A stretch of 62,559 nucleotides of DNA, from positions 1 to 62,559 of the IMG/VR virus record IMGVR_UViG_3300021090_000020. One strand, 5' to 3'. The DNA comes from a virus (Duplodnaviria > Caudoviricetes). The notes beneath the pieces are model-generated. The model had not been told where the DNA came from. It saw only the letters and a program-made list of their open reading frames with translations, and ran no database searches. The translations under genes were made by a program, and so were the position numbers. Below are positions 10,150 to 19,778 of this stretch, one piece after another; the first letter of the stretch is position 1; each line of letters opens with the position of its first letter.

Positions 10150-10912
10150 GCTTCCTATGAAAGAGAGGTTCTAGAGAACTCCCTGCGCGCTGTGAATTTT
10201 CCGCGATGCGAAGCGCGGAAGCATTGAGATCGTTGTTCGGTGCGAAAAGCAATTTGATACGATCCTCAAACCTGCTGCCGATGTGCTCGGTCATCGCGGC
10301 AAACTCACCGGGACGCAGGATTAAATTTGGCATTTTTGAATGGTCGACAATGTTGTTGCTTGGGTAATAAAGAACCTCACGAAACACCACGCGCTCAACA
10401 CCCAGGCCGAGGGCCAGGTCGACTAGACTTTCCATTTGGCCGATGTTGGCGCTAGTCACGACGCTGATAAATTCGACAAAAACGGTAGGCACCGCTCGCT
10501 TGAAATCTTCGACGTTGCGCACGACCTTTTTAAGACTCATGCCGCCGCGCAGTTCGCGTTGCATTTGCGGATCGGCCGCGTCGAGAGACACCGCAAGATT
10601 CGTAAGACCCGCTGCCACCATCTTGGCCTGATCGTGCTTATGTAGCAGCAGGCCGTTGGTCTGCAACAAAAACGTCCCGGCTGGGCGCGCGGGTGAGACG
10701 CCGATCATCTCGATAATGTCGGCGAGCCGATGATCGAGCGTTGGCTCCATGATGCAGCCAACCTGAAAAAATGAAACTCCGAGTATTTTGGTTACGAGGA
10801 ATTGCCGCAGCGCATCGGTGTCGATGATCTTATTCGATCGGTGATTGTGGCAATAAACGCAGTGCAAATTGCAGGTGTTGTTCGGATCGAAGCGTAGAGC
10901 TTCATATCTCAT
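10106..10912 (-). CDS. radical SAM domain protein (moron, antisense to the late operon)
   Basis: CNLHCVYC (CxxxCxxC), EPTL, QTNG.LL, AVSLDA motifs; lower GC than flanks. Confidence 0.85.
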   Translation of the reverse strand: MRYEALRFDPNNTCNLHCVYCHNHRSNKIIDTDALRQFLVTKILGVSFFQVGCIMEPTLDHRLADIIEMIGVSPARPAGTFLLQTNGLLLHKHDQAKMVAAGLTNLAVSLDAADPQMQRELRGGMSLKKVVRNVEDFKRAVPTVFVEFISVVTSANIGQMESLVDLALGLGVERVVFREVLYYPSNNIVDHSKMPNLILRPGEFAAMTEHIGSRFEDRIKLLFAPNNDLNASALRIAENSQRAGSSLEPLFHRKPKSREHIESFPRRF

Positions 10913-11094
10913 CGGCGGTTGCCCTTGCAGCGTCTTGAAATTGTAGACGTTGAGTTGGCAGTCTGAAATCACGCTGGAGCTATTCTGCGGCATGGCCGGA
11001 AGCCTATCCAGTCCGCAACCCGGAGTCGAGCATGGTCACTGTTTATCAACCATTTCGTCGCAAACATCGCTGCATCCCGACGTCGGAGGAATAA

Positions 11095-11583
11095 ATGAAG
11101 CTCTCAATCCGCGAGATTCAGGCCTTGAACGGGTCCCTTGAAGGGTTGTTCAAGGGCGGCAATCCGCAGGTGATCCGGCGTAACAGCCAGGACGAGATCG
11201 CCGTCGTTCCATTCAAGCTGTCGGCCGACATCTACCAATGGGCGATGACCCTACAAGGCCGGTTGACCGAGCTATTGCATACGTACAACGGCGCCATGAC
11301 CGCGCTGATGCGCGAAAAATCAGGCGGGACCGGGCACATCGATAATGGCACCAAGGCCATGCTCGAATTCCAGGAGGAGAGCGTAAAGCTGCTCGACGGG
11401 TTTAAATATGTCCGTATGCTCACTTTGCCGCTGGAGAATCTCAAGATCGATGACAATCCCGGCTTGGCGCAACATCTCGCTGGCCTGATGCCCGCGCTCA
11501 AGCTGCCGGCATTAAACGTCGCAGCCGAAGAAAAAGATGAACAAGCGCAGCCGGCGGCGAAGGCAAAATCAGCCGCCGCGTAA
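11095..11583 (+). CDS. hypothetical protein (possible tail fibre chaperone)
   Basis: Strong SD GGAGGA; 162 aa; follows the fibre gene. Confidence 0.65.
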   Translation: MKLSIREIQALNGSLEGLFKGGNPQVIRRNSQDEIAVVPFKLSADIYQWAMTLQGRLTELLHTYNGAMTALMREKSGGTGHIDNGTKAMLEFQEESVKLLDGFKYVRMLTLPLENLKIDDNPGLAQHLAGLMPALKLPALNVAAEEKDEQAQPAAKAKSAAA

Positions 11584-11610
11584 GCAGCGATCAACACCGA
11601 GTTATTCGAG

Positions 11611-11638
11611 AAAGCCGTCCGCTTGGGGCGGCTTTTTC
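11611..11638 (+). terminator. intrinsic terminator
   Basis: AAAGCCGTCC-gcttg-GGGCGGCTTTTT. Confidence 0.7.
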
Positions 11639-11661
11639 ATTTCGACAGTTTGAGATGACCC

Positions 11662-13530
11662 ATGCCCTCCATTCGCATCCATGAGTTTGACACATGGCGC
11701 CCTGGTTATGGGTTCGCCATAGTGACGGTCTTGCGCGCCGGCACCAGCGTGGAAGCCGACATCTACAGCGATGAGGCTCTGACCGTTCCGGTCGCCAATC
11801 CGGTGACGCTTGAGGAAAAAACCGACACTGGAATTTCCTACGGCAAGTTCCAGCAGCCAATCTATGTCGGCGAGCCTTATCAGCTTCAGATTAATTCGAT
11901 AGACGAGACCGGCATCACGCGCCCGCCGCTCACCACGCTGGATGATCAGGATGCCTCACTGGCGACAGTCAAGGTCGAGGGCGGATCGCAAGATATCGCG
12001 CTCAATGATCATCTCGCCCGCCGTATCGATGTGCAGGACTACGGCGAATTCAAAGCCGTCGGCGAGGTCGGGGCTTCCGCCTCGACCAATAACGCTACGC
12101 TCACGAGTGCCCTTGGCGTCGGCGGCACACGAGGTGGAGCCTTCGTCGAATTGCCGGCGGGCACATTTCAGATCACGAGTTACACGATCCCGCAGGGTGT
12201 CGTCGTGCGGGGCGCGGGACGTGCCGCCACCACCCTGCAATCGGCCTTCGCCGGCAACGTCACCATAATCGGCGGCGCACGGGCCGGTTTGTCACGCCTC
12301 ACCCTCGATGGCGTCACCCTGATCGGGCTTTCCGTCGGCGTCTACGCAGCGAACAAGGATCAGGTTGTTTTCGACGACGTAGAAATCAAGCGATTTGAGA
12401 CCGGCCTCAACCGCAAGGGCGGCTCGCTCTCAAACTGGCGCGAGCTTTACATCTCGAACTGCGTCAATGGCTATAAAGGGCATGGCGATCTCGCGAGCGC
12501 GCTTGGCGCTGCTTTGCAATTCAATCAATGGACCGGCGGCAAGATCGAGCTTTGCTCGACCGTCGGCATCGATCTCAAGAACGTCGACGCCGCCTGCGAG
12601 CATAATCTTCTGCGCGGCGTCTTTTTAGACAGCAATACCGGCGATGCCGTCAGGGTCACCGGCGCGCGCGCCACCACCTTCGAAGATTGCCGGTGGGCTG
12701 GCAATACCAACAATCTCGTCGTGGCCGACACCACCCCAGCAACCCCCGACAACACCGTCATCGGCCTTGAGATCAAAGGCGGCTCGATCGACGGCGGCAC
12801 TATGTCGCTTTCCGGGACGCTCGAACAGGTGGCGTTGCGCCGCGTCGATCTGAAAGACCTTGCGGTCACGCTGACGACGCCAAGCCATAACGTGCTGGTC
12901 GAGGATTGCCGGGAGATTTCCGGGGTCTCGCTCGTCGGCACGGCGACCGCCTGGACCCGCCACAAAACCGGAGATCGGGGATCGTCCTCCGGTATTACGA
13001 CGGGCGCGGTCGCCACCAAGGCATGGGCGATCGCGCTGGCGCCGGGACAACAGGTTTATCTGGAGGGCAAGGTCGTCGGCCGGCAGCGCAACGGCATCGG
13101 CACTGCCTTCTATCATCTTGGCGTTTCCGCCGGGCGGCCGGGTGCCACGCTCAATTACGATACACAGACCGCGAACTTCACGCTTGGCAATGTGCTTACC
13201 GGCGCCACCTCCGGCGCCACTGCCCGCATCACCGCGGATACCGACGCCGGCACTACCGGCGCGCTGACCTTGCAGGATGTGGTCGGCGTCTTTGTCGACA
13301 ACGAGATCATCACCGATAGCGGCGGTGGCTCGGCGATGGCGAATGGCGCGCTTTCTTTTACCAACGCCGCATTGGTCGGTTCGGTCGCCGCTATTCGCGC
13401 GGCGCAGGAAACTGTCGCCGGATGGGATGCCACGTTTGTGGCAAATGGTCCCGAGATTGAATTACGGGTCACGGGGGCCGCCTCGACCACAATCGAATGG
13501 ACCCCGGACGTGGATGTCGTGAGTTCCTAA
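11662..13530 (+). CDS. tailspike-like protein with pectate-lyase-type beta-helix
   Basis: Head-binding-like N-terminus; 'IDVQDYG...VELPAGTF..IPQGVVVRGAG' entry to a beta-helix. Confidence 0.75.
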   Translation: MPSIRIHEFDTWRPGYGFAIVTVLRAGTSVEADIYSDEALTVPVANPVTLEEKTDTGISYGKFQQPIYVGEPYQLQINSIDETGITRPPLTTLDDQDASLATVKVEGGSQDIALNDHLARRIDVQDYGEFKAVGEVGASASTNNATLTSALGVGGTRGGAFVELPAGTFQITSYTIPQGVVVRGAGRAATTLQSAFAGNVTIIGGARAGLSRLTLDGVTLIGLSVGVYAANKDQVVFDDVEIKRFETGLNRKGGSLSNWRELYISNCVNGYKGHGDLASALGAALQFNQWTGGKIELCSTVGIDLKNVDAACEHNLLRGVFLDSNTGDAVRVTGARATTFEDCRWAGNTNNLVVADTTPATPDNTVIGLEIKGGSIDGGTMSLSGTLEQVALRRVDLKDLAVTLTTPSHNVLVEDCREISGVSLVGTATAWTRHKTGDRGSSSGITTGAVATKAWAIALAPGQQVYLEGKVVGRQRNGIGTAFYHLGVSAGRPGATLNYDTQTANFTLGNVLTGATSGATARITADTDAGTTGALTLQDVVGVFVDNEIITDSGGGSAMANGALSFTNAALVGSVAAIRAAQETVAGWDATFVANGPEIELRVTGAASTTIEWTPDVDVVSS

Positions 13531-14948
13531 TGGCCGAGCAGTGGGTTCCTCTCCCCATCGACAAGGCGCTGTTCGCCAATCTCGATCAGGACGCAATCAT
13601 CGGTGCGCAGACTGCGATCGAGAACGGCTTCATCAACGAGAAAGGCGGTCACACCCGTTTTCCGGGGCTGATCGAGCGGGTCGATCTTGGAGATCCCGCG
13701 CGGGTCTATCTCAACGATCTTGATGGCGACATGGTCGCGGCTAACGCCAAGGGCCAAGTATTCCGCATTGATCGCAGTTTTACCGCCACCAACGTCACCG
13801 GCGTGCCGAATTCGGGCGGGCGCCGCACGATCTTCGCTAAAACCGACCGCGATCTGTTGATGGCCTCTGGCGGCCCCATTACCAGGTTGCGCAACGACAA
13901 GACCGAACTACTCAGCAGCGCTGCCCCACTCTCCACGCATGTAGGCTGGATCGACGGCTTTACCATCGCGACCGAACTCAACTCGGGTCGCTTCTACCAT
14001 ACGCCACCGGGCGAGCCGGAAACCTGGGACCCACTCGATACGTTCGCCGCTGACGGCAATCCCGACAACATTAACTCGATGATCGTGACGCCGTTTCGCG
14101 AGCTGCTACTCGGCGGCGAGGACTCGATCGAGCAATTTGAGCGATTACCAACCGGCACCGTGCCGTTCTTCCGCCGGTGGGCGGTCGGCGACGGCGTAAA
14201 GTTTGCTTACGTGATTTTGTTCGCCGACAACGCGTTGTGGACGATCAACAATCTCACGGAATTGGTGCGCTTCTCGGGGCAGCTTTCGAACGCGGCATCT
14301 TCCGACATAGGCCGGCTGCTCGAATCGATCGACGACTGGACCGACGCCTGGCTTGGTGGATATCCCGACCGTCCGCTGCATGTCGTCGGGCAGAAGTTCA
14401 TGGTGCTGCAAGCGCCGCAAGCCACCAATGCCTATGGCACCAAGGGCATTACCCTCTTGTTCGACTACCGCAACAAGCGCTTTTCGAACTTGTACGGATG
14501 GGACAATGCCAACGGCGTGCCGGCGCGCTATCCGGGCTGGTCGCACTGGACGCTGTGGAACAAGGTGTTCGTCGGCGGCGAAGGCAAAATCTATGAGTTG
14601 TCGGAGGACGTGTACGCGCATGGCGGCGGCTTGCAGCGCTGGCTGGTACGCACCTCGCACATCGCCGAGCAGCACCAAACACAGGTAAAAAACCTGCGGC
14701 TGCGGCTCAAGCGCGGCATCGGCACCTCATCGACCGAACCGACCATCCGCGTGCGCTGTAGCCGCGATGGCAGGGCGTTCGGCTCCTGGATCACCCGCGG
14801 CCTTGGCAAAGCCGGCGATCGTGTGCCGTTCAAGACCTTCGGGCACTTCGGCACCGGATCGAGTTTTATGTTCGAGATCAGCAGCGCGGACAATTGCCGC
14901 ATCGATCTGATCAGCGCGGAAGTTCTCACCGAAGATATAGGACACTGA
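13530..14948 (+). CDS. tail hub / packaged DNA stabilization protein (P22 gp10-like)
   Basis: 'ADGNPDNI', 'GEDSIE', 'CSRDGRAFG...LGKAGD' motifs. Confidence 0.8.
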   Translation: MAEQWVPLPIDKALFANLDQDAIIGAQTAIENGFINEKGGHTRFPGLIERVDLGDPARVYLNDLDGDMVAANAKGQVFRIDRSFTATNVTGVPNSGGRRTIFAKTDRDLLMASGGPITRLRNDKTELLSSAAPLSTHVGWIDGFTIATELNSGRFYHTPPGEPETWDPLDTFAADGNPDNINSMIVTPFRELLLGGEDSIEQFERLPTGTVPFFRRWAVGDGVKFAYVILFADNALWTINNLTELVRFSGQLSNAASSDIGRLLESIDDWTDAWLGGYPDRPLHVVGQKFMVLQAPQATNAYGTKGITLLFDYRNKRFSNLYGWDNANGVPARYPGWSHWTLWNKVFVGGEGKIYELSEDVYAHGGGLQRWLVRTSHIAEQHQTQVKNLRLRLKRGIGTSSTEPTIRVRCSRDGRAFGSWITRGLGKAGDRVPFKTFGHFGTGSSFMFEISSADNCRIDLISAEVLTEDIGH

Positions 14949-14949
14949 C

Positions 14950-15219
14950 ATGGCTGCCAATGCTGTCGTCCCTCCGCCGCCTCGCCTGACTGGCGATCCC
15001 GCGACCGATGTGCTCGCGATTAATAAATGGGCGTCCGACTTTTTCAATTCGACGGTGGTGGAAAGTGGCCTGCTCGATCCGGCGTATCAGGCCAACCCCG
15101 GCACGTTCGATCAAAACAACCTGCACGACCCGGTCAACAGCAGCATCGCAAAGAGCCAAGACACCGCCAACCGCGCCATTCAAGCGCTGATAGCGGCCGG
15201 CATTCCAATCCCCGATTAA
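14950..15219 (+). CDS. small virion protein
   Basis: 89 aa, coupled within the tail operon. Confidence 0.6.
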   Translation: MAANAVVPPPPRLTGDPATDVLAINKWASDFFNSTVVESGLLDPAYQANPGTFDQNNLHDPVNSSIAKSQDTANRAIQALIAAGIPIPD

Positions 15220-15232
15220 CCGCGAGAACCCC

Positions 15233-16318
15233 ATGGCACAGCAAGCCGCGACCCAAGACGCCGGATCAATCAATCCGACGCGTTATACCGAGCGCCGCGC
15301 GCCGCAGTTCGCCGGCGGCGATGTCGACCCGGCGAGCGGTAATCTCGTCCTTCCAACCAAGAGCAGCTATGCAACGCCGGAGCCGGCGATACCGAAAACG
15401 AAGCTTGGCAGCATAGACGCGGTGAGTGCGCCGAAACCGCCAGGACTTGCAGCGATGGCCGGCAGTGTGGCCGCGCCATATCTCGGGGCGCAGATCGGAT
15501 CGCAGATCGGTGGCGGGGCTGGCGTGGGTGAAGCCATAAGCGGCACCGCCTCGCACATCGGCGAAGCGTTCGGATTTGGTAGTTCTGGACCGGCCGCCGT
15601 TGGACTAGGCGAAGGGGCGGCTCCGGCAATCGGTTCTTTTGCTGGCGGCCCACCCGTTAGCGCTCCTGTCGCAGAGGCCGGCATGTCATCGTTCGGCGAG
15701 CTCGCTGGTTCAAGCGTGATTGGCGGCGCCGTCGGTGCCGGTCTTGGCACCGCAGCCTTCGGCGCACTCAGCGGCCAGCAGATCAAGGAATATGCCCCTG
15801 CCGCCATCGGGTCGGCCGTCGGTTTTGCGATCGGCAGCATGATTTTGCCCGGCATCGGCGGCTTTGTCGGCTCCTTCATCGGCGGAATGTTCTGCCACGC
15901 CGCCGGCACTCTGATCCGCATGACGGACGGCACATTGAAGGCGATCGAGACGCTCCAGATCGGCGATCAAGTCGCCCTTGGCGGGCGCATCGTTGGACGC
16001 GGCGAAGTGCTCGCCACCGATATGTTCGATTATCTCGGCACCCGTGTGAACGGCCGCCATGCCGTGTTCGAAGATGGCCGCTGGCTGCGCGTGGAGAAAT
16101 CGGCGAAGGCCACGCCCGTTTTCACCGCCGAACCGGTCATGGTCTACCCGCTTGTGACCGAGGCGCATTTGCTGGTGTGCGAGCATTACGTCTGTGCCGA
16201 CTTCGCCGAGACCAACGACGCCGACATGAGCGCCAGCGAAAGACTGGCCAAGCTCAACGCGAACGTCGAACTTAATCAACGGCTCGCCATCGTTGGAGCG
16301 CCACGGCTTGCGGCTTGA
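15233..16318 (+). CDS. Gly-rich putative ejection protein with C-terminal Hint (intein/Hedgehog-like) domain
   Basis: Gly-zipper hydrophobic N-part; C221-HAAGTLIRM (block A), VNGRH (block B), VYPLVTEAH (block F), then ADF instead of HN. Confidence 0.75.
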   Translation: MAQQAATQDAGSINPTRYTERRAPQFAGGDVDPASGNLVLPTKSSYATPEPAIPKTKLGSIDAVSAPKPPGLAAMAGSVAAPYLGAQIGSQIGGGAGVGEAISGTASHIGEAFGFGSSGPAAVGLGEGAAPAIGSFAGGPPVSAPVAEAGMSSFGELAGSSVIGGAVGAGLGTAAFGALSGQQIKEYAPAAIGSAVGFAIGSMILPGIGGFVGSFIGGMFCHAAGTLIRMTDGTLKAIETLQIGDQVALGGRIVGRGEVLATDMFDYLGTRVNGRHAVFEDGRWLRVEKSAKATPVFTAEPVMVYPLVTEAHLLVCEHYVCADFAETNDADMSASERLAKLNANVELNQRLAIVGAPRLAA

Positions 16319-16757
16319 GCCTTACGATACCGCCAAGCACTACGCGCTGATCGCAGCGTGGTGGAAGGCGCGCGGCGATGAGTGCCTGCCGGCAGACGTG
16401 CTGCCGCCGACTGGCGCGGTTGTTACGCGTGATGGAGAGCCGATTGCGCTCTGCTCGATCTGGCTGACCAATGCTAAGGCCGCCTATCTGGCGTTTCCGA
16501 TCACCGCGCCAGGCCTGTCACCCAAGGTGGCTTATGCGTCGATGGTCCTCGCCATTCAGGGCGCGGTTGATATTGCCAAACTCGCCGGCTGTAAATTTAT
16601 CTGGGCGAGCACCGCCAACAACGGCGTCGATCGTATCTTCACCAAGCATGTCGGCTTCACGCGCACGACACCGCACCACAATCATTTTCTGTTGCTCGAT
16701 CCTGCGCTGTCGCACGACACGCTGGTGGGCGAGGATTTTCACGAACCGAAAGGCTGA
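16293..16757 (+). CDS. GNAT-fold-like virion assembly protein
   Basis: 154 aa; 'GCKFIWAST...HVGF' pattern; position typical of podoviral acetyltransferase-like genes; start uncertain. Confidence 0.55.
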   Translation: MERHGLRLEPYDTAKHYALIAAWWKARGDECLPADVLPPTGAVVTRDGEPIALCSIWLTNAKAAYLAFPITAPGLSPKVAYASMVLAIQGAVDIAKLAGCKFIWASTANNGVDRIFTKHVGFTRTTPHHNHFLLLDPALSHDTLVGEDFHEPKG

Positions 16758-16762
16758 CAACC

Positions 16763-17203
16763 ATGCCTCCGATGCCAATGCCGATGATGCCGCCGAATTC
16801 CGCGCCGCCCGCCACATCGGGCGCTATGCCAATGCCAGCTGACGGCGGCGCCCCTCCGGGCGGCGTGATGCAGGTACCGCCCGAGTTCGCGCAGCACATC
16901 GACCCGAACAATCAAATGCAGATGACGCTGTTGCAGCGCGTCGACAAGCTCACCCCGCAAGATGGTGAGGCGATCAAGAGCGGGATTTCGCCGGCAGCGG
17001 TACAAGTGCTCAAGAAAGTCCTGCCCGAGCTTGGCTTCATGCTCGACATGATCGTGCAGGATCAGCAGCCCGACGAGCAACAAATGGCGCAGGGCCCCGA
17101 TCAATACGACGAGCAGCAGGAAGCGCCCGAGCCGCCCGACGGCGCCACGCCGCTGCGCCCTGCCGGCGACATGCGGCCGGGAACCAGGCTCGCGCGTTAC
17201 TAA
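16763..17203 (+). CDS. hypothetical Pro/Gln/Met-rich protein
   Basis: 146-aa ORF in the late operon. Confidence 0.65.
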   Translation: MPPMPMPMMPPNSAPPATSGAMPMPADGGAPPGGVMQVPPEFAQHIDPNNQMQMTLLQRVDKLTPQDGEAIKSGISPAAVQVLKKVLPELGFMLDMIVQDQQPDEQQMAQGPDQYDEQQEAPEPPDGATPLRPAGDMRPGTRLARY

Positions 17204-17229
17204 CAGTATAGACCACAAGGTAATTCAAT

Positions 17230-17856
17230 ATGTGGGGAACACTGCTCCCATTTCTCGCCATTCTCGGCGGCTCCTATATATCGTCGCAGGCGAACACCGC
17301 CGCGGCCGAACGCGCCAGCGAGGCGACGTTGCAAGGCGCGCAAATCACAGCCGGCGCCATGAAGGACGTGAGCGAGGCCGCGGCGACGCGCGCGGCGCCG
17401 GGCGTTTCCTATCTGCGTCGGGTCGTGGCAGAGCCGGGCGAACTCACGCCGCTGCAAAGGCAGCAGCTTGAGGATTCGCGCCGCTCCACGGCGAACACCA
17501 TCCATTCCTCGAACTTCGCCGGCTCCGGCCGCACCGGAGTGGAATTGCTGCGCCGGAACGAAAGCGACTTCGTCAATCAGGCGTTGGAAAACAACCGGCA
17601 GCGCGCCATGACGGCGGCGGGTGAACTCGCCGGCAGTCAGAATACTTCCGATGCCGCTGCTATCGGTGCCGGTAAGGCAGTCGGCGATGCCACCGCCAAG
17701 GGCGGGCTCTATGACGCGCAAGCCGGCCTTGCCAGCGGACAGATCACCGGCAAAGCGATCGGCGATATCGGCTCGCTCATTGCCTCGCAGCAGCGCGAAA
17801 GCCGCTATGCCGACCGCGTGAGCAAGCTTGAAAAAGCACTCGGGATAAACGGGTAA
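17230..17856 (+). CDS. DNA ejection (pilot) protein, P22 gp7-like
   Basis: Hydrophobic N-terminus, Ala/Gln-rich, 'GSGRTG..L' motif. Confidence 0.65.
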   Translation: MWGTLLPFLAILGGSYISSQANTAAAERASEATLQGAQITAGAMKDVSEAAATRAAPGVSYLRRVVAEPGELTPLQRQQLEDSRRSTANTIHSSNFAGSGRTGVELLRRNESDFVNQALENNRQRAMTAAGELAGSQNTSDAAAIGAGKAVGDATAKGGLYDAQAGLASGQITGKAIGDIGSLIASQQRESRYADRVSKLEKALGING

Positions 17857-17862
17857 GCCGCC

Positions 17863-19266
17863 ATGGCAAATACAACCCTCACGTCGTCGGGCGCCCGCGA
17901 TCTTTCCTTCATCACCACCAATCCGGCGATGGACGCGTTCGAACGTGGCCGGCAGATCGCACAAGCGCAGCTCGAAGCCGATCAAAGGCTGGAAGCCGCA
18001 ACGCGGACAAACGTCGAGAACATGGCGAGCGCGCCGTCGCGGCTGCGCACGATCAACGCCAATGCCGATACGGCCGTGGCCGGCGCGCAAGTCGCAACGC
18101 AAACCGCGCCCTACAAGGTGCAAGGCGCCTATGACACCATGCGCGGCGGGACCGCCGACGCGAATGTGAAAGTCGGCACGCAAGGATCGAGGATCGCGGA
18201 CGCCGCCGCCGGCACGCGGCTGCACACCACCGAGGCCAATGTCGCCGAGCAGACCGCGCCTTATAAAGTGCAGGGTGCTTACGACGCTTCACGCACCGGC
18301 ACGGCCAACGCCGATGTTGCGGTTGGCACCGTTCCCGATCGCCTGTCGCAATCGAACTCGCAAACGCGTGTCCAGGCGGCCAATGCCGAGACCGCGCAGA
18401 TGCAGAGCTTCGACAAAACGCTTGCCTTGCTCAAAGTCGGCGACATTGCCGGCGCCGAGGCTTACGCGGCGCGCACCGGCGAGGCCATCCCGCCGGAAGT
18501 GTTGCAGAACGCCGAAGTGCGCGATGCCGTGATCAAGGCATGGGATCACGCCAAAGCCGCCTATCCGAACCGCCCGCAAAATCAGGCGCAGTTCATGCAG
18601 GGCTTTCTCAAGGACATGGCCGAGCGCAAGGCGCAAGGTCAGCCTGCAAACGATCCGACCGCGCTCTACAGCGTGCCAGAGGCGCCGCAGCCGCAGGACC
18701 AATCCGCCAGCGGCACCAACAGATTTGAAATGCTGCCCGGCTCGCAGGATGGGATTACCGGCGTCTGGAAACACGACCGCGTCACCGGCAATCGAAATTT
18801 CGAACCCAACGCATCCGTGTCGTCACGCGCGGGCGGCGCCGGTGGCAATTCGGTGTACCAGCAAAAGCGCCGCGATTGGCTTGCCGTGCATCCCAACGAC
18901 GAGCAAGGCGCACTCGATTTTGCCGCCGGCCGTCGTCAACTGTCAGGCGCAGAGTTGGTGCGCTCGGCGCGCGCTCAGGCCATCCAAGAAATCAACGGCA
19001 ATGCGCTACTCCATTACAAGAGCGAGAATGAGCGTAATGCCGCGATCAATCGGCGCGCCGACGAGAACCTGCAACGGATGCGGCAGGCTAACCAGCCGGC
19101 ACCGGCGCAGCCGCCATTGGCGCGTCCAGCAGCTCCACAATCCGCGTTGCCGCCGCCTGCCATCGATCCGATCGCACGCGCACGCGATGCCATCCAAAGA
19201 GGCGCGCCACGCGATGCTGTCATTCAACGGTTGCGCGACAATGGCATTGACCCGAGCGGGCTTTAA
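17863..19266 (+). CDS. DNA ejection protein
   Basis: 467 aa, Ala/Gln-rich, duplicated QTAPYKVQGAYD, C-terminal 'ARDAIQRGA.RDAVIQRL...GIDP'. Confidence 0.65.
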   Translation: MANTTLTSSGARDLSFITTNPAMDAFERGRQIAQAQLEADQRLEAATRTNVENMASAPSRLRTINANADTAVAGAQVATQTAPYKVQGAYDTMRGGTADANVKVGTQGSRIADAAAGTRLHTTEANVAEQTAPYKVQGAYDASRTGTANADVAVGTVPDRLSQSNSQTRVQAANAETAQMQSFDKTLALLKVGDIAGAEAYAARTGEAIPPEVLQNAEVRDAVIKAWDHAKAAYPNRPQNQAQFMQGFLKDMAERKAQGQPANDPTALYSVPEAPQPQDQSASGTNRFEMLPGSQDGITGVWKHDRVTGNRNFEPNASVSSRAGGAGGNSVYQQKRRDWLAVHPNDEQGALDFAAGRRQLSGAELVRSARAQAIQEINGNALLHYKSENERNAAINRRADENLQRMRQANQPAPAQPPLARPAAPQSALPPPAIDPIARARDAIQRGAPRDAVIQRLRDNGIDPSGL

Positions 19267-19778
19267 TGGCTGGCCTCTCATTTAATGATCTTGTTCCGGG
19301 AAATATTGACCTCAACGCGCGCCCAGTCGTGCGCAATTCCGATGGCTCGATAAGTACCGTTTATTCCAAATCATTCAATTTTGATGGCGTCGAAACGCTG
19401 CTCCCGACAGTCAGCAATGACGGGCGCATATTGTCGGATCAGGAGGCCATTGATCTCTATCTCAAGACAGGACGGCACCTCGGGCAATTTGCCTCACCTG
19501 ATGCCGCTAACGCCTTTGCGCAGCAACTCCACAAGGATCAGGAAAAACTATACGTTCCGCAGCCGGCGCAGCCGACCACGCGCTTGCAGCAGATGAGTGC
19601 GTTCGGCCGGACTGGCGACATTAATCAAGGTGAGCAGGCACAGCCGCCGCCCGGCAGCTTCAACACCAATCTCCCGCCCCCAGGCGATCACGCGCTGGTA
19701 CAGCCGCGCGAACTCCCGCTCGATCGCAACACCATTTATCCGAACGATATCGCTCCGCGCGGCCTTGAGGATATCTAA
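19266..19778 (+). CDS. hypothetical ejection-module protein
   Basis: TAATG coupling on both sides; N-terminus MAGLSFNDLVP resembles that of the next gene. Confidence 0.65.
   Translation: MAGLSFNDLVPGNIDLNARPVVRNSDGSISTVYSKSFNFDGVETLLPTVSNDGRILSDQEAIDLYLKTGRHLGQFASPDAANAFAQQLHKDQEKLYVPQPAQPTTRLQQMSAFGRTGDINQGEQAQPPPGSFNTNLPPPGDHALVQPRELPLDRNTIYPNDIAPRGLEDI

Noticed and set aside
10147-11006. 9-bp inverted repeat (TAGGCTTCC/GGAAGCCTA) around the radical SAM gene
   Set aside because: Too short, no TSD; compatible with chance.
15893-16203. Canonical splicing intein
   Set aside because: Lacks the terminal His-Asn plus nucleophile and a substantial C-extein; treated as a cleavage-type Hint domain.
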